From a virus (Duplodnaviria; Caudoviricetes): a DNA stretch of 54,909 bases. Shown piece after piece: positions 18,488 to 28,659 of the stretch. Each line of letters begins with the position of its first letter. Position 1 is the first letter of the stretch. The stretch is from positions 1 through 54,909 of IMG/VR virus record IMGVR_UViG_3300050132_000156; one strand, given 5' to 3'. Made by a program: the position numbers and the translations under genes. The notes under the pieces are model-generated. The model was not told where the DNA came from, searched no databases, and saw only the letters and a program-made list of their open reading frames with translations.

Positions 18488-18925
18488 ATGACGACTACAG
18501 CCCCCTTATTTTCCGACCCTGTGGCCATTGCGCTCATTGGGATGATTGGCACGTTCCTGACGGCGGCACTTGGTGTAGCGACGGCTTACCTGACGCGGCA
18601 GAATGCGAAAGGCTTGGCCGCTACCCAGGCGAGTGTTGACGCGCAGCACGGGACCATCGCGGCGTTGGAGAAGAACACCAACTCGATCAAAGACGCCCTG
18701 GTCAAAGTAACAGGAGAGAGCGAGTTCGCAAAAGGCTTGAAGCTCGGCACTGACGCAGCCGGGGGAAGTGCCGCTGGCGTTGCGGCCCTCGCAGCGGACG
18801 TTCAGGCCAAGGCAGCTCATGCTCAAGGAGTGGCCGAGGGAACAGCCGCCGAGAAGAATCGCGCCAATGCCGAAGCGGCGGCGCATGCCGATCCGGGGAA
18901 GACCGTGGAGGTCCAGCCGAAATGA
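18488..18925 (+). CDS. Membrane-anchored protein, putative lysis cassette
   Basis: GAGGAG RBS; one TM segment followed by an Ala-rich coil. Confidence 0.6.
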   Translation: MTTTAPLFSDPVAIALIGMIGTFLTAALGVATAYLTRQNAKGLAATQASVDAQHGTIAALEKNTNSIKDALVKVTGESEFAKGLKLGTDAAGGSAAGVAALAADVQAKAAHAQGVAEGTAAEKNRANAEAAAHADPGKTVEVQPK

Positions 18926-19104
18926 TTATCTACCACAAGGGCAAGGGCCGCAAGCACACAGCCTGGATTGAAGATGAAACCGGCAAGATCATATGGAGCG
19001 CGGGTGGCGTTTCGGAAGCGGATGCCATCTTCAATCTGCTCTATGCTCTTACGCAGCGCGACGATCCTACCTTGGAGCCTCATGTGGAGATCGTGGAGAA
19101 ATAA
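18922..19104 (+). CDS. Hypothetical protein
   Basis: GGAGG RBS; ATGA overlap. Confidence 0.5.
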   Translation: MIIYHKGKGRKHTAWIEDETGKIIWSAGGVSEADAIFNLLYALTQRDDPTLEPHVEIVEK

Positions 19105-19105
19105 G

Positions 19106-19375
19106 ATGAAGCCACTGTCCTGGAAGACGACCGTTTGCGGCATCATCACGGCGCTGGCGGGCTGGGTCGCATTCAGCCCTGAGATATTTCAGCACTGGCC
19201 GTGGGTTATCAGCCTGGCGAAGTACATCATGATCGGAGGTTTTGCTGGTTCCGGCATTCTCAGCAAGGATTACTCCCAGCACTCGACACAGGCCGAGGTG
19301 ACGCAGGCCACCGTGGACAAGTCTGCCGCCCTCAACGCGGCAGCCACGAAGGCCGCCAATGAAGGCGGAAAGTAA
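19106..19375 (+). CDS. Putative holin
   Basis: SWKTTVCGII...GILSKD, two TM segments, 89 aa. Confidence 0.6.
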   Translation: MKPLSWKTTVCGIITALAGWVAFSPEIFQHWPWVISLAKYIMIGGFAGSGILSKDYSQHSTQAEVTQATVDKSAALNAAATKAANEGGK

Positions 19376-19778
19376 ATTGAACCTCCCCCTCTCGGTCCCG
19401 GATACCGTCATCGCGGTTTTGGGATACGCATGTCTGAATTACGTACAGATCCCGCTGAACTTGACGGCGGAGCAAGAGACGTTCAAGTGGCTGGTCTCCA
19501 TCGCGGGAGGGCTCCTATTCTGCGGATTTCTGGCAGGCCGAATCTGGCGAGAGTTCGTCAGTTCCAGGAGTAAACTGGCAGCCGACGACATGCGGATGCG
19601 GTCGCACGACAAGCGCCTCCGCGCATTGGAGATGGAACGCGCGGCGCTGCGGGCGACTTTCGTGGCGTTGCTCGGACGCTTCGACATTGAGAAAACAAGG
19701 CTCTCGCAGATCAATGCGGAAATCGCCCGCTACGACGTGGATGAAGATCCGACCGACGACGGAACCGGTTCAAGTTAG
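19359..19778 (+). CDS. Two-TM protein with coiled-coil tail (holin/antiholin-like)
   Basis: Two hydrophobic segments followed by a charged coil. Confidence 0.5.
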   Translation: MKAESKLNLPLSVPDTVIAVLGYACLNYVQIPLNLTAEQETFKWLVSIAGGLLFCGFLAGRIWREFVSSRSKLAADDMRMRSHDKRLRALEMERAALRATFVALLGRFDIEKTRLSQINAEIARYDVDEDPTDDGTGSS

Positions 19779-19803
19779 TCCAAGTCGGGCGTAAACTATT
19801 GTC

Positions 19804-21156
19804 ATGGCGTATGCTTGGCAGACTCTCGCGGGCGCTCAGTCGGACCTCGCGGCGCGTCTGTATGACGCCGGGCAGCAGTGGTGGGGGCCGGACGAACTAA
19901 CCATCCGCATCGTTGAGGCCCTGCGGACCTGGAATGCCCTCACGTCGTTCTGGCGCTCCGACATGAGCCTGACCATGGCCTCCACGACGGTATGGTACGA
20001 CATCTCCGCAGCGACCGGCTCTCCGCGCCCGATGACCGTCACCGACAACGACCTGCTTCAGTCTATCGAATACAGCCTCGTGGAGCCTCCGACCGCAGCC
20101 TATCCGCTGGTCTGGACCGGAACCGATCAGTTCAACGTCAACGACATCCTGACTGCGATCCAGCGGCGGCGCGACGAAACTCTTTCGACGACGGGCTGCA
20201 CGGTGACACGCCAACTCGTCACGGCTCCGATGGGCGGGCGCATCTCTCTTCCCGACAACGTGATCGACATCCGGCGCGTGGCGTGGCTTCCGTCTGGGAT
20301 CATCTACAAGCCCACCGCTCTGCGGCAGGCCGATGCGATGTCGAAATCCTTCTACGACCGGGGCTGGATGGGAGCCGCCGCCGCGCCTCCGCGAACCTAC
20401 CTCCAAAGCTCCCAGCCTCCGCTTAGTTTCGACGTGGACCGCACGCCGCCGGTCGCGGGGAACTATGAGGTCATGGCGGTTGAGGCCGGCGCGGCGCTGG
20501 TCACTACGGCGCCCGCTGTGCTCGGGGTTCCCGACGACTGGGCTTGGGTCATCAAATTCGGAGCCTTGTCCGAATTGTTTGGCCTGGAGTCCGAGGCCAA
20601 GGACCAGATGCGCTCGGACTATTGCGCCTGGCGATACAAGCAGGGACTCGCCTTGATGATGGACGCTCCAGCGGTATTGAGCGCTCAAATAGGTAGTTCG
20701 ATCTGCGCCATCGACGCGGTTGCCAACGCCGACGACTTCAACCCTGGGTGGCAGGCATCTGTGCTCACGGGGTTGCCACGTAGCGTTTATCTGGCAGGGC
20801 AGAATATGCTCGCGCCGAGTTCTCCCTGGGTCAGCGGAATGACGCTCCAGGTAGTCCAGAACGCGCCCATCCCGTCCGTGTCGACCGATCCTATCCAGTT
20901 GGGCCGCGAGGACTACGCGGCGGTACTCGACGAGGCACAGCACCTCGCCACGCTTAGCCTGGGCGGGTCCGAGTTTATGGCGACGGTCGGGCTGCACAAG
21001 CGCTTCATCGAACGCGCGGCGCTCTACAATTCCAAACTCCTCGGTTTGGGCGACTACCCGCGTTCGATGTACGAGATCAGCCAACTCGAATCAGAGCGGG
21101 CCCCAGTCTACGGCGGCGTGAAGCCGCAGGAGGTGCTTGGTGGCGGAAACCAGTAA
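19804..21156 (+). CDS. Putative tail adaptor/tubular protein
   Basis: 450 aa, upstream of the large tail gene; function from position. Confidence 0.5.
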   Translation: MAYAWQTLAGAQSDLAARLYDAGQQWWGPDELTIRIVEALRTWNALTSFWRSDMSLTMASTTVWYDISAATGSPRPMTVTDNDLLQSIEYSLVEPPTAAYPLVWTGTDQFNVNDILTAIQRRRDETLSTTGCTVTRQLVTAPMGGRISLPDNVIDIRRVAWLPSGIIYKPTALRQADAMSKSFYDRGWMGAAAAPPRTYLQSSQPPLSFDVDRTPPVAGNYEVMAVEAGAALVTTAPAVLGVPDDWAWVIKFGALSELFGLESEAKDQMRSDYCAWRYKQGLALMMDAPAVLSAQIGSSICAIDAVANADDFNPGWQASVLTGLPRSVYLAGQNMLAPSSPWVSGMTLQVVQNAPIPSVSTDPIQLGREDYAAVLDEAQHLATLSLGGSEFMATVGLHKRFIERAALYNSKLLGLGDYPRSMYEISQLESERAPVYGGVKPQEVLGGGNQ

Positions 21157-24100
21157 CCCGGTTGCAATTCGTTTTGCGTTTGGTGGGATGAACCTACGCG
21201 ACGTGGCGGACGCGCTCCCTTCCGGCAAATTCTCCATGGGGCAGAACATCCGCGACACGGCAGCCGGCTCGATTCGCACGCGACCCGGCTACGTCCCTGC
21301 ATTCTCGACGGGCAACAATGCCATTACGGACATCCGCTCCTACGCCACGCTGGAAACGGACAATAAGCCCCGATTCCTGGCACGCGACACCGCCGGTGAG
21401 GTCTGGCTGGACAGCGACATGAGCGTCGTCACGCTTGGCGGAAACAACCATGGTGCGGGCGTGCGCATGATTCCGTTCCGGCCGTCCTCCAGCCCGCAGT
21501 CGTGGATGTATGTCGTCGATCAGGGCGACTACCAGAAGATTTCCGCGCCCGACGCGAACAACGCCGTGACCGTCCAGAAGGTCGGCATCGCCGAGCCGCA
21601 GTTCCAGTGTGAGGCGGCTCCATTGACCCTGGCGTATACGGACTTCTCCGCACCCGCAAACAACTGGACTCCCGGTGGCACCGTCGCTACGCCCACAGAC
21701 GAGAACCGGACCACGGACACGGCGGGATCTGTCCTCACGGACCCGATCAACTCGAACCGTTCCAGCGTCCAGGTCTCCACTACGGAAGCCTACGTGATCG
21801 GGCAGACCGTGAGCTTCGGGGCGAACAATAACAACAAGGCTGCGGTGATACAGGATGTCCTGCCGCCGGCCTCCAACGTCTCCCTGCAGTCGGTCTATTA
21901 CTTCGCGGGGAACAACGGAACGTGTTTGGTCGTTCCCTCGCAACTCCCGGTAGGGCAGGCCTCGGTAGTAAATCAGCTCGGCTACCTGCGCCGCGGCGCG
22001 CTGATTAAGTTCAGCGGCAACAACGAAGTCGCGTTCGTGCAGAGCGTCACGGTCGGCCCGGACGGCTCGCAGTGCGTGCAGACGGCGACTGTGGGCGCTC
22101 ACAATTCGAGCGAAACGATCGTTGGGCTCCCGACCATCGTAGTGGATGGAGCCGTTGCCGCGGCTTCTTCCGTGCTCAGCGTGGACGTGAACACGACAGC
22201 CACGCCGGGCATCGGGACATTGCTCCAGACCTTCGCCACGAACCCGTTCTCCAAGCCCATGGGCACGGGCGGTCCGCTGCCGCAGCAGGACGACTACATC
22301 CACTTCTCCGTGAATGTGTCGGACTACACACAAGTCCTGGAGATTGACTTGCGTTTCAACGTCGATCCGGTCGATACGACGGTAACGCAGAACTACTACC
22401 AATGGGTCGTCACGCAGGACATCCTGGCCGCGGCCGTGGCTGGGGCGTCTTCGAGTATTCAGACATCGGCAGCGACCTCTACATCGGGATCGACCGGCGC
22501 GCTGGCCTCCTTGCAGCAACAGCTCACGGAATTGCAGAGCCGGCTCTATCAAGTCCAGAACAACCAACCTGGACAATACTACGATGCCCCTGCGTATGTC
22601 AGGAGCGGCATCATCGCTGGCCTCCAGCAGGCGATCTCGTCCATCAATTCCCAGATCGCCTTCCTGTCCCCGAGCACGACAAGCACGAGCACAAGCGGCG
22701 GGGCGACCGCGGTAGCAGCGGAGCAGTGGGCGGAGATCATGATCCCGATCTCTTCGCTAACCCGCATCGGCGGAGACGCCTCACGTAGTCTGTCGGACTG
22801 CAGCGCGGTGCAAATACGCATCAACACGACCGGAGCGGGAACGGCGACGTGGCAGGCCGCAGCGTCCTACTCCCTGAACCAGGAGATCCTGGACGCCACC
22901 GGGCACACGCAGAAAACCATTACCGCCGGCGTGAGCGGGCTCGTCGTGCCCACATGGAACGACACGGGCGGGACCACGACGGACGGAACGGTCGTATGGG
23001 CGGATCAGGGCGTCGTGGCGGCCTCCACGGTCCTGCGCATCGGTTCGTTCTGGGTAGGCGGCGGCAGCGAGCCCGACACGGGCAGTGGCGGGGCTCCGTA
23101 TCGTTACCGCGTGGTCCCTTACTCCAGCCTGACCGGAGCGAAGGGCAACCCGTCGCCCGACATGAGATACGGCGTGACGCCGCGGCGCCAGCAGGTCACG
23201 GTGTATCTTCCGGACTCGACCTACGACCCGCAGATCGACACATGGATGATCGAGCGTTACGGCGGGACGGTCACGAGTTGGCGCTTCATTGGGAGTTGTC
23301 TCTCCGCGGACCAGGCCTTCATCGACAAGTATTTCGACGACACGGCAGAAGGCGGCTCGCTCATGGAGACCGACAACTTCGAGCCGTGGCCGAGCGTCGA
23401 TGTCCCATACAGCCCTTCGACGGTTCCCGGTTCTTCGCCGCTCACGTTCGGAGTGACCGTCTGGGGTACGGTGGTCGTCGCCACCAATGCGAGCGGGGTG
23501 TGGCCCGCCACGATCGACAACTGGTTGCCCGGGACGCTCATCCAGGTGGCCTACCAGAGTGTCTACACGCTGCGTGCCCGGCCAACGAAACTGACCGACT
23601 ATTCGTACCTATTCCAGATTGAGGAGTGCGGCGGCTTTCAGAACCAAATCTTCGGATTCATCGTGGCCGAGCCAATCGTCGCCCGGGCCTTCGCTCCAGG
23701 ATCATGGGGACCGGACGCGCAGGGAACGGTCTTTGCGGTGCTAGATCCGATGCGGCCGGGCGTGGTGAACTTCTCGAAGCAGTACAATCCGGACGCCTGC
23801 CAGAACGCCGCCCTGGAACTCGTGCCGCCATCGGAGCCGCTGATCGGCGGGGAGGTTCTGGCCGGGCTGAGCCTTGTCTCTTCCAGCGCGCGCTGGTGGG
23901 CGCTGTATCCGGCCTTCCAGTCGGCGCAACTCTATGAGCCGATCGAGCAGACGGTCGGGCGCGGGCTGGTGAGTCCCTTCGGAATCTGCACGGACGGGGC
24001 AAAGATCTACTTCTGGGCCAAGGATTGCATCGCCTCCCATTCCGGTGGCGGGTACGAAGACCTAACCTCCGAGGACTTGGAACCCCTGTTCCCGCACGAC

Positions 24101-24685
24101 GGTGTGCAGGGCATGGACGTGACGCGCAATGGTGTCACGATCCACACTCCGGACTACTCCAAGGCCGGCACATTCCGGTTGCGCTGCGTGGGCGGCTACC
24201 TGTACGCCGACTACGCGGACTCGACCGGCGGGCGCTCTACGCTTGTGATGAATCTGCGCACGAAGGCCTGGATGTCGGACGCCTACAACGAAGCCATGAC
24301 GGTCCACTACGGCCCCGAGCAACAGGAGGGGACACTCCTGGCCGCGACTCCGGCGCTGTACCCAACGCTCCTGATGGGTGACGCGGAGGGCAACGTCTGG
24401 AAGCAGCAGGCCGACCATAACGATGGCACGACCGGGATCTCCTGCGTCGTGGGCACGCGCGAGATGGACGGCCAGCAGGGACCGTCGCAACTGTGGCGGA
24501 ATCAGTACCTCGACCTTGTTTCGACGGGCGGGGCAACGGCGGTCCCGGTCAACATGGGAAATCCGGTCACCACGCCGACGACCATCCCGGGTAAGCCCGA
24601 CCGACAGTTCGCGATGGTGCGCGTCGGTCCCGGCGCCGCGAGTCGATTCCTCGGAATGCAGATCAACTGGACGGACGCCTTCTGA
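21137..24685 (+). CDS. Large tail/nozzle protein with inserted domains
   Basis: 1182 aa; FGGMN...GSIRTRPG start resembling tail tubular B/gp10-type proteins; beta-rich. Confidence 0.6.
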   Translation: MVAETSNPVAIRFAFGGMNLRDVADALPSGKFSMGQNIRDTAAGSIRTRPGYVPAFSTGNNAITDIRSYATLETDNKPRFLARDTAGEVWLDSDMSVVTLGGNNHGAGVRMIPFRPSSSPQSWMYVVDQGDYQKISAPDANNAVTVQKVGIAEPQFQCEAAPLTLAYTDFSAPANNWTPGGTVATPTDENRTTDTAGSVLTDPINSNRSSVQVSTTEAYVIGQTVSFGANNNNKAAVIQDVLPPASNVSLQSVYYFAGNNGTCLVVPSQLPVGQASVVNQLGYLRRGALIKFSGNNEVAFVQSVTVGPDGSQCVQTATVGAHNSSETIVGLPTIVVDGAVAAASSVLSVDVNTTATPGIGTLLQTFATNPFSKPMGTGGPLPQQDDYIHFSVNVSDYTQVLEIDLRFNVDPVDTTVTQNYYQWVVTQDILAAAVAGASSSIQTSAATSTSGSTGALASLQQQLTELQSRLYQVQNNQPGQYYDAPAYVRSGIIAGLQQAISSINSQIAFLSPSTTSTSTSGGATAVAAEQWAEIMIPISSLTRIGGDASRSLSDCSAVQIRINTTGAGTATWQAAASYSLNQEILDATGHTQKTITAGVSGLVVPTWNDTGGTTTDGTVVWADQGVVAASTVLRIGSFWVGGGSEPDTGSGGAPYRYRVVPYSSLTGAKGNPSPDMRYGVTPRRQQVTVYLPDSTYDPQIDTWMIERYGGTVTSWRFIGSCLSADQAFIDKYFDDTAEGGSLMETDNFEPWPSVDVPYSPSTVPGSSPLTFGVTVWGTVVVATNASGVWPATIDNWLPGTLIQVAYQSVYTLRARPTKLTDYSYLFQIEECGGFQNQIFGFIVAEPIVARAFAPGSWGPDAQGTVFAVLDPMRPGVVNFSKQYNPDACQNAALELVPPSEPLIGGEVLAGLSLVSSSARWWALYPAFQSAQLYEPIEQTVGRGLVSPFGICTDGAKIYFWAKDCIASHSGGGYEDLTSEDLEPLFPHDGVQGMDVTRNGVTIHTPDYSKAGTFRLRCVGGYLYADYADSTGGRSTLVMNLRTKAWMSDAYNEAMTVHYGPEQQEGTLLAATPALYPTLLMGDAEGNVWKQQADHNDGTTGISCVVGTREMDGQQGPSQLWRNQYLDLVSTGGATAVPVNMGNPVTTPTTIPGKPDRQFAMVRVGPGAASRFLGMQINWTDAF

Positions 24686-25305
24686 TGATTTCTTCTATCT
24701 GCGCATCGAATCGTCCCTCGCTTATCCCGCAAGTCATCGCGCAGTGGAAGGCGCAGACCTACGCTGACCGCGAACTGGTCATTGTCCAGAACGCCGACGA
24801 AGCGCCCGCGCCGGTCCCTGCTGGCATCGTAAGCGTGATCGCGCCCGCTGGCACTCTCCTGGGCCAGAAGCTCAACTTGGGCATCGCGGCGGCACACGGC
24901 GACCTGTTCCATAAGTGGGACGATGACGATCTGTACGAACCGGGATTCCTCGCTCGCGGCGTCTCGGCGCTCGCGGACGGCAAGGCGGATTTCTGCACCT
25001 GGACGCGCAACCTGCTCTACTTCCCCGGAGACATGCGCGTCATCCTTTGGTTCGGCGTGGGCGGATCCTCGATCTTCACGCGCAAGCTCGCGGCCAAGTG
25101 CCCCTACCGCAACGTGGCGAGCGACGTGGACGGCGGGCTGGTCCAGGACATGCGGCGGGCCGGGTTCCGCGCAATTGGCGTGAGCGACTCGCCGGCGCTG
25201 TTCACCTATGTTCGGGATGGGAACAACCTCTGGAAGACGATGCCATGGGGCGAGCCCGTGGACGACTACTTGAAGCGTTGCTCGTCTCCCTGGAGAACTG
25301 AGTAA
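24685..25305 (+). CDS. Glycosyltransferase family 2 (GT-A fold)
   Basis: ISSIC..NRP, QTYADRELVIV, LGQKLNLGI, HKWDDDDLY. Confidence 0.85.
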   Translation: MISSICASNRPSLIPQVIAQWKAQTYADRELVIVQNADEAPAPVPAGIVSVIAPAGTLLGQKLNLGIAAAHGDLFHKWDDDDLYEPGFLARGVSALADGKADFCTWTRNLLYFPGDMRVILWFGVGGSSIFTRKLAAKCPYRNVASDVDGGLVQDMRRAGFRAIGVSDSPALFTYVRDGNNLWKTMPWGEPVDDYLKRCSSPWRTE

Positions 25306-27557
25306 TGCCAGTCTTAACGCCAGTATCCACGACGCTCGACGGGGATACCTTCCAGATCGACTTGGGATCTCCCACGGCGTTTGATTCCGTCGTCTATACA
25401 GATGGCGGATCGACGGGAATCCTAATCAGCGTTACGGTCAATGAGGTTGTCGGCGACGACCTATCTGCGAATTTCAGTTCTGCGGGATTTGCTAGTACCG
25501 TGAGCGGAACTGCGTACGCTTCGGTCGGCCCTTACACGGAAGGCCCGTTTGTTGAGCCCGGGACCCCCGACACCTACGGAACATCCATACTCACGGCAAA
25601 CTCTAAGCGGCGTTACATCCACGTGACCATCATCGGCGGGACGCCGCCATACGGGACAGTCAGCATTGGACAGGGTGTTCCAGACCCTAACCCGCCCGCG
25701 CCCGTCCAGAATCCAGCCCCGACCGACGCTGCAAATCCGGCCATCATGGCTGGAGGTCTCTCGGCGTCCTGGGTCGGTCCGATCCAGTACAACGGGCTGC
25801 TTTACGTGGTCCAGATCGACGACAGTGCAACTACCCGTATCTATAAGTTCAATTTGGACGGAACGGGGTGGACGGAATCTGGCGTGGCCTGCCCCATCGT
25901 CGGTAACTACGGTGAAGGCAGCGCGACACCGTGGTGGGATGGCGATCACACAATTACGCTCGCGGTGATGGATGGCAGTTCAGGGAGACCGCAGTTGGCC
26001 GATTTCGATTTATCCGCCGAGACGTGGGGCGCGGCTTACGGCACAAGCGAAGGGCCGCCACTGAAGTCGGCTTATGCCCTGTACAAGCGCCCGGACGGAT
26101 CGCTCTTGCTCATCGGTGAGAAAAGCACCGGGGCGGAAGTCCTGCCCGCTTGCGTGTATTCTGCCGGGGCGTGGGGAACACCCTTCGATGTGGCCGCGAA
26201 TGTTGTGGCGCTCGGTTACGTTCAGCCTTCCGAGTTTGTTTACCAGAACACGAATCCGCCGAAATCCTGCATGGACGCGAGCGGGAACGTGTATGTCTTC
26301 TTCCAGGCCAAAGGACGCACGTCGTTCCCAAGCAGCACCGGAGCCGGGCCTGACAGCGCATGGTACGGAAGGGCCTTTTACCAGCGCATCCCCATTGACA
26401 ACAGCATCCCGGCTGGCGCAGGGAACTTTCTGGACTTCCCCGGCCAAGACTCCGTGGTTGATGCGGGCGGCACGTTCCCCACGTTCAAAGACGGCGATCT
26501 CGCCTGGAACGTTCACAAGGGCAGTCTCGCGGGGCAATCGTACCGCGACAGAGGCGGCGACTGCTTCGGCAAGCCAACCTTCATTGGCAGCAAGCTCATC
26601 GTTCCGATTCGGCGTAAGATCCCCGGAAGCTCTGGGTTTTACGACGCGAACACCGACGAGCAATTGAACACCTACTGCACGCTGCTGGTCGGGAACGGCT
26701 TGCCTTCGCCCTCGTTTACCGAAGTGGCGCAGGGCGTCGAACCGGGAATAGCAACTGCAAGCCCGAACAAGTGCGATGCTGTGGGGCGGGCCTTCTACGA
26801 TCCTGGGACCGGCGTCCTGTCGGTCGTCTACTTGTATTCGACCATCGCCACTCCAGACACTTACACGACCAACAACACGGCCATGCAGCGGGCGGTGCGG
26901 CTGTGCCAGTGCCAGGACGTGACAGGCGATCCGGGGACGTGGGCCTGGAAGAGCGTCACCATCTACGACATCGACAGTCCATTCTCGCTCCCCGTCCCGT
27001 TCGGAATGGATGCGGTTTCCAACGTCACCTTCACGCTGTACGGCAGCACAGTTGTCGTGATCGCCGACGCCATGTTCGTCTTCGGATGCGGCAGTTTGAC
27101 TGGCAGCGGAGTTCACATCTTCCTGGGTCTTGGGCTGGGGCCGATCCAAGCAGTCCGGTCCTTATTCGCCCCCGTTTTCATCGCCGGCACGACCGAACTT
27201 TTCCTGTGGCTCTACCAAGGCGTCCCGAACGGAGTCCTCGAATGGGCTACGCAGCCGTCGAATCTGGGCATCCCCGGATTCAAATCCATTGTCCGCATGG
27301 AGTTCGTCTACACCGCGAACGCCGACGTGACGTTCCTGGTGACTTCCGACGGGACATCGCCCGCGACCCTGACGCTGCCCAGCACCGGCGGCCTGGCGGC
27401 GCATGTCTTCTTGACGCTTACACCCAACAAGGGAACGCTGTACGCCTTCGCGGCGTCCTCCACCGACCTGTTCCAGATTATCCAGGCCGAGTGCGACTTC
27501 TCGGTCGCGCAGTGGGGCCGCACAGGCGAGATGGCACAACTTCACGAGGTAGTATGA
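25305..27557 (+). CDS. Tail/receptor-binding protein, beta-propeller-like
   Basis: 750 aa, beta-rich, coupled to the GT gene. Confidence 0.55.
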   Translation: MPVLTPVSTTLDGDTFQIDLGSPTAFDSVVYTDGGSTGILISVTVNEVVGDDLSANFSSAGFASTVSGTAYASVGPYTEGPFVEPGTPDTYGTSILTANSKRRYIHVTIIGGTPPYGTVSIGQGVPDPNPPAPVQNPAPTDAANPAIMAGGLSASWVGPIQYNGLLYVVQIDDSATTRIYKFNLDGTGWTESGVACPIVGNYGEGSATPWWDGDHTITLAVMDGSSGRPQLADFDLSAETWGAAYGTSEGPPLKSAYALYKRPDGSLLLIGEKSTGAEVLPACVYSAGAWGTPFDVAANVVALGYVQPSEFVYQNTNPPKSCMDASGNVYVFFQAKGRTSFPSSTGAGPDSAWYGRAFYQRIPIDNSIPAGAGNFLDFPGQDSVVDAGGTFPTFKDGDLAWNVHKGSLAGQSYRDRGGDCFGKPTFIGSKLIVPIRRKIPGSSGFYDANTDEQLNTYCTLLVGNGLPSPSFTEVAQGVEPGIATASPNKCDAVGRAFYDPGTGVLSVVYLYSTIATPDTYTTNNTAMQRAVRLCQCQDVTGDPGTWAWKSVTIYDIDSPFSLPVPFGMDAVSNVTFTLYGSTVVVIADAMFVFGCGSLTGSGVHIFLGLGLGPIQAVRSLFAPVFIAGTTELFLWLYQGVPNGVLEWATQPSNLGIPGFKSIVRMEFVYTANADVTFLVTSDGTSPATLTLPSTGGLAAHVFLTLTPNKGTLYAFAASSTDLFQIIQAECDFSVAQWGRTGEMAQLHEVV

Positions 27558-27760
27558 ACGCCCCCACCCAGGCGCCGTACCGTCCGCAGAAAACGGGGAA
27601 CGCCGTGATGGATGAGGCGCTACGCAAGGCGTTCGACTACATCTACGTCCTCCAGGCGCAGGTCAACACGCTTCTCGCGGCGCAAAGCTCGGCCGCGGCC
27701 AGCACGAAGACCACGACACAGGCCACCACCGTCGCTACGGTGCAGACCAAGAGTTCCTGA
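27554..27760 (+). CDS. Small coiled-coil virion protein
   Basis: GAGG RBS; ATGA overlap. Confidence 0.55.
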   Translation: MNAPTQAPYRPQKTGNAVMDEALRKAFDYIYVLQAQVNTLLAAQSSAAASTKTTTQATTVATVQTKSS

Positions 27761-27817
27761 GCTACGGAAGCCATTCCAAACGCGGGACTTCTGCTGTACT
27801 ATCGACTTAGGTGAACC

Positions 27818-28264
27818 ATGGCTCTCTCCGTCCAAAAGAACAGAACCGGCGTCGTCTGGCCGCTCGGATTCGTCAAGGTCACGACACCGGGAACTCCCGT
27901 TTGCATCATGGCGAACGTGGACGCGAACAACGTCAATGCGCCTGGCGTGCCGACGAGTAACCTGAGTTCAGAGTACAGCCCGGCCGCGCGCGGATTGGGG
28001 ATTCAAGCATTCCTGCCCAACGCCAACAACTCGGGGATGCAGCAGACCACCGGGAACATCTACCTGCTAGTTCCGGCTGCGGGCGGCAACGGAAACCTGA
28101 CGGACTTCGGAAGCATGGTCAAGATTATCGCGAGTGGATCCGACTTCTTCTTCCCTCCAGAGGGCTGCGGCGTCGATCTGTTCAACCCCTACGGGCTGTT
28201 CCTGGACGCCGATGTGGCGGGCGACGGGGCGCTCGTGACGCTGTACGGAGGCGTGAATCCATGA
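27818..28264 (+). CDS. Putative virion protein
   Basis: 148 aa, Asn/Gly-rich. Confidence 0.6.
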   Translation: MALSVQKNRTGVVWPLGFVKVTTPGTPVCIMANVDANNVNAPGVPTSNLSSEYSPAARGLGIQAFLPNANNSGMQQTTGNIYLLVPAAGGNGNLTDFGSMVKIIASGSDFFFPPEGCGVDLFNPYGLFLDADVAGDGALVTLYGGVNP

Positions 28265-28659
28265 CGCTGCGTTGGCTCGACGGCGGCGAGGCTGTCGACC
28301 TGCTCAACCCGATCATCGAAGCGCAGGGCTGGACGCCGCTGAACGACCGGACCTGCCGCGTTCTGGTGGCATTCGACGATGGAGAGCCGGAAGCAGTCCT
28401 CGGATTCCTGGTGCTCCAACTCTTCCCCTTGCTAGGCCCGGAGTATGTCGATCCGGCGGCGCGTGACGCGGGCGTGATGTTCCAACTCCACGCCGAGATG
28501 CAGAAGTTCCTCGTCAAGGCGCAGGCCCGCGGCGTGATGGTCATCGCCGAGTCCGAAGTCTCGAAGCGGCTTTGCGAACGGGCGCGCATGACTCCCATCG
28601 AAGCACCTGTCTATATTGCCACCGAGTTCGGCGGTTCGCTCGACCAGGAGGTGAACTGA
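28261..28659 (+). CDS. GNAT-like acyltransferase-fold protein
   Basis: VLVAFDDG..VLGFL...EYVDPAARDAGV resembles GNAT motif A; usual position before podovirus ejection proteins. Confidence 0.55.
   Translation: MTLRWLDGGEAVDLLNPIIEAQGWTPLNDRTCRVLVAFDDGEPEAVLGFLVLQLFPLLGPEYVDPAARDAGVMFQLHAEMQKFLVKAQARGVMVIAESEVSKRLCERARMTPIEAPVYIATEFGGSLDQEVN

Noticed and set aside
10953-22100. AAC-rich codon runs as a diversity-generating retroelement template
   Set aside because: No reverse transcriptase and no TR/VR pair differing at adenines was seen
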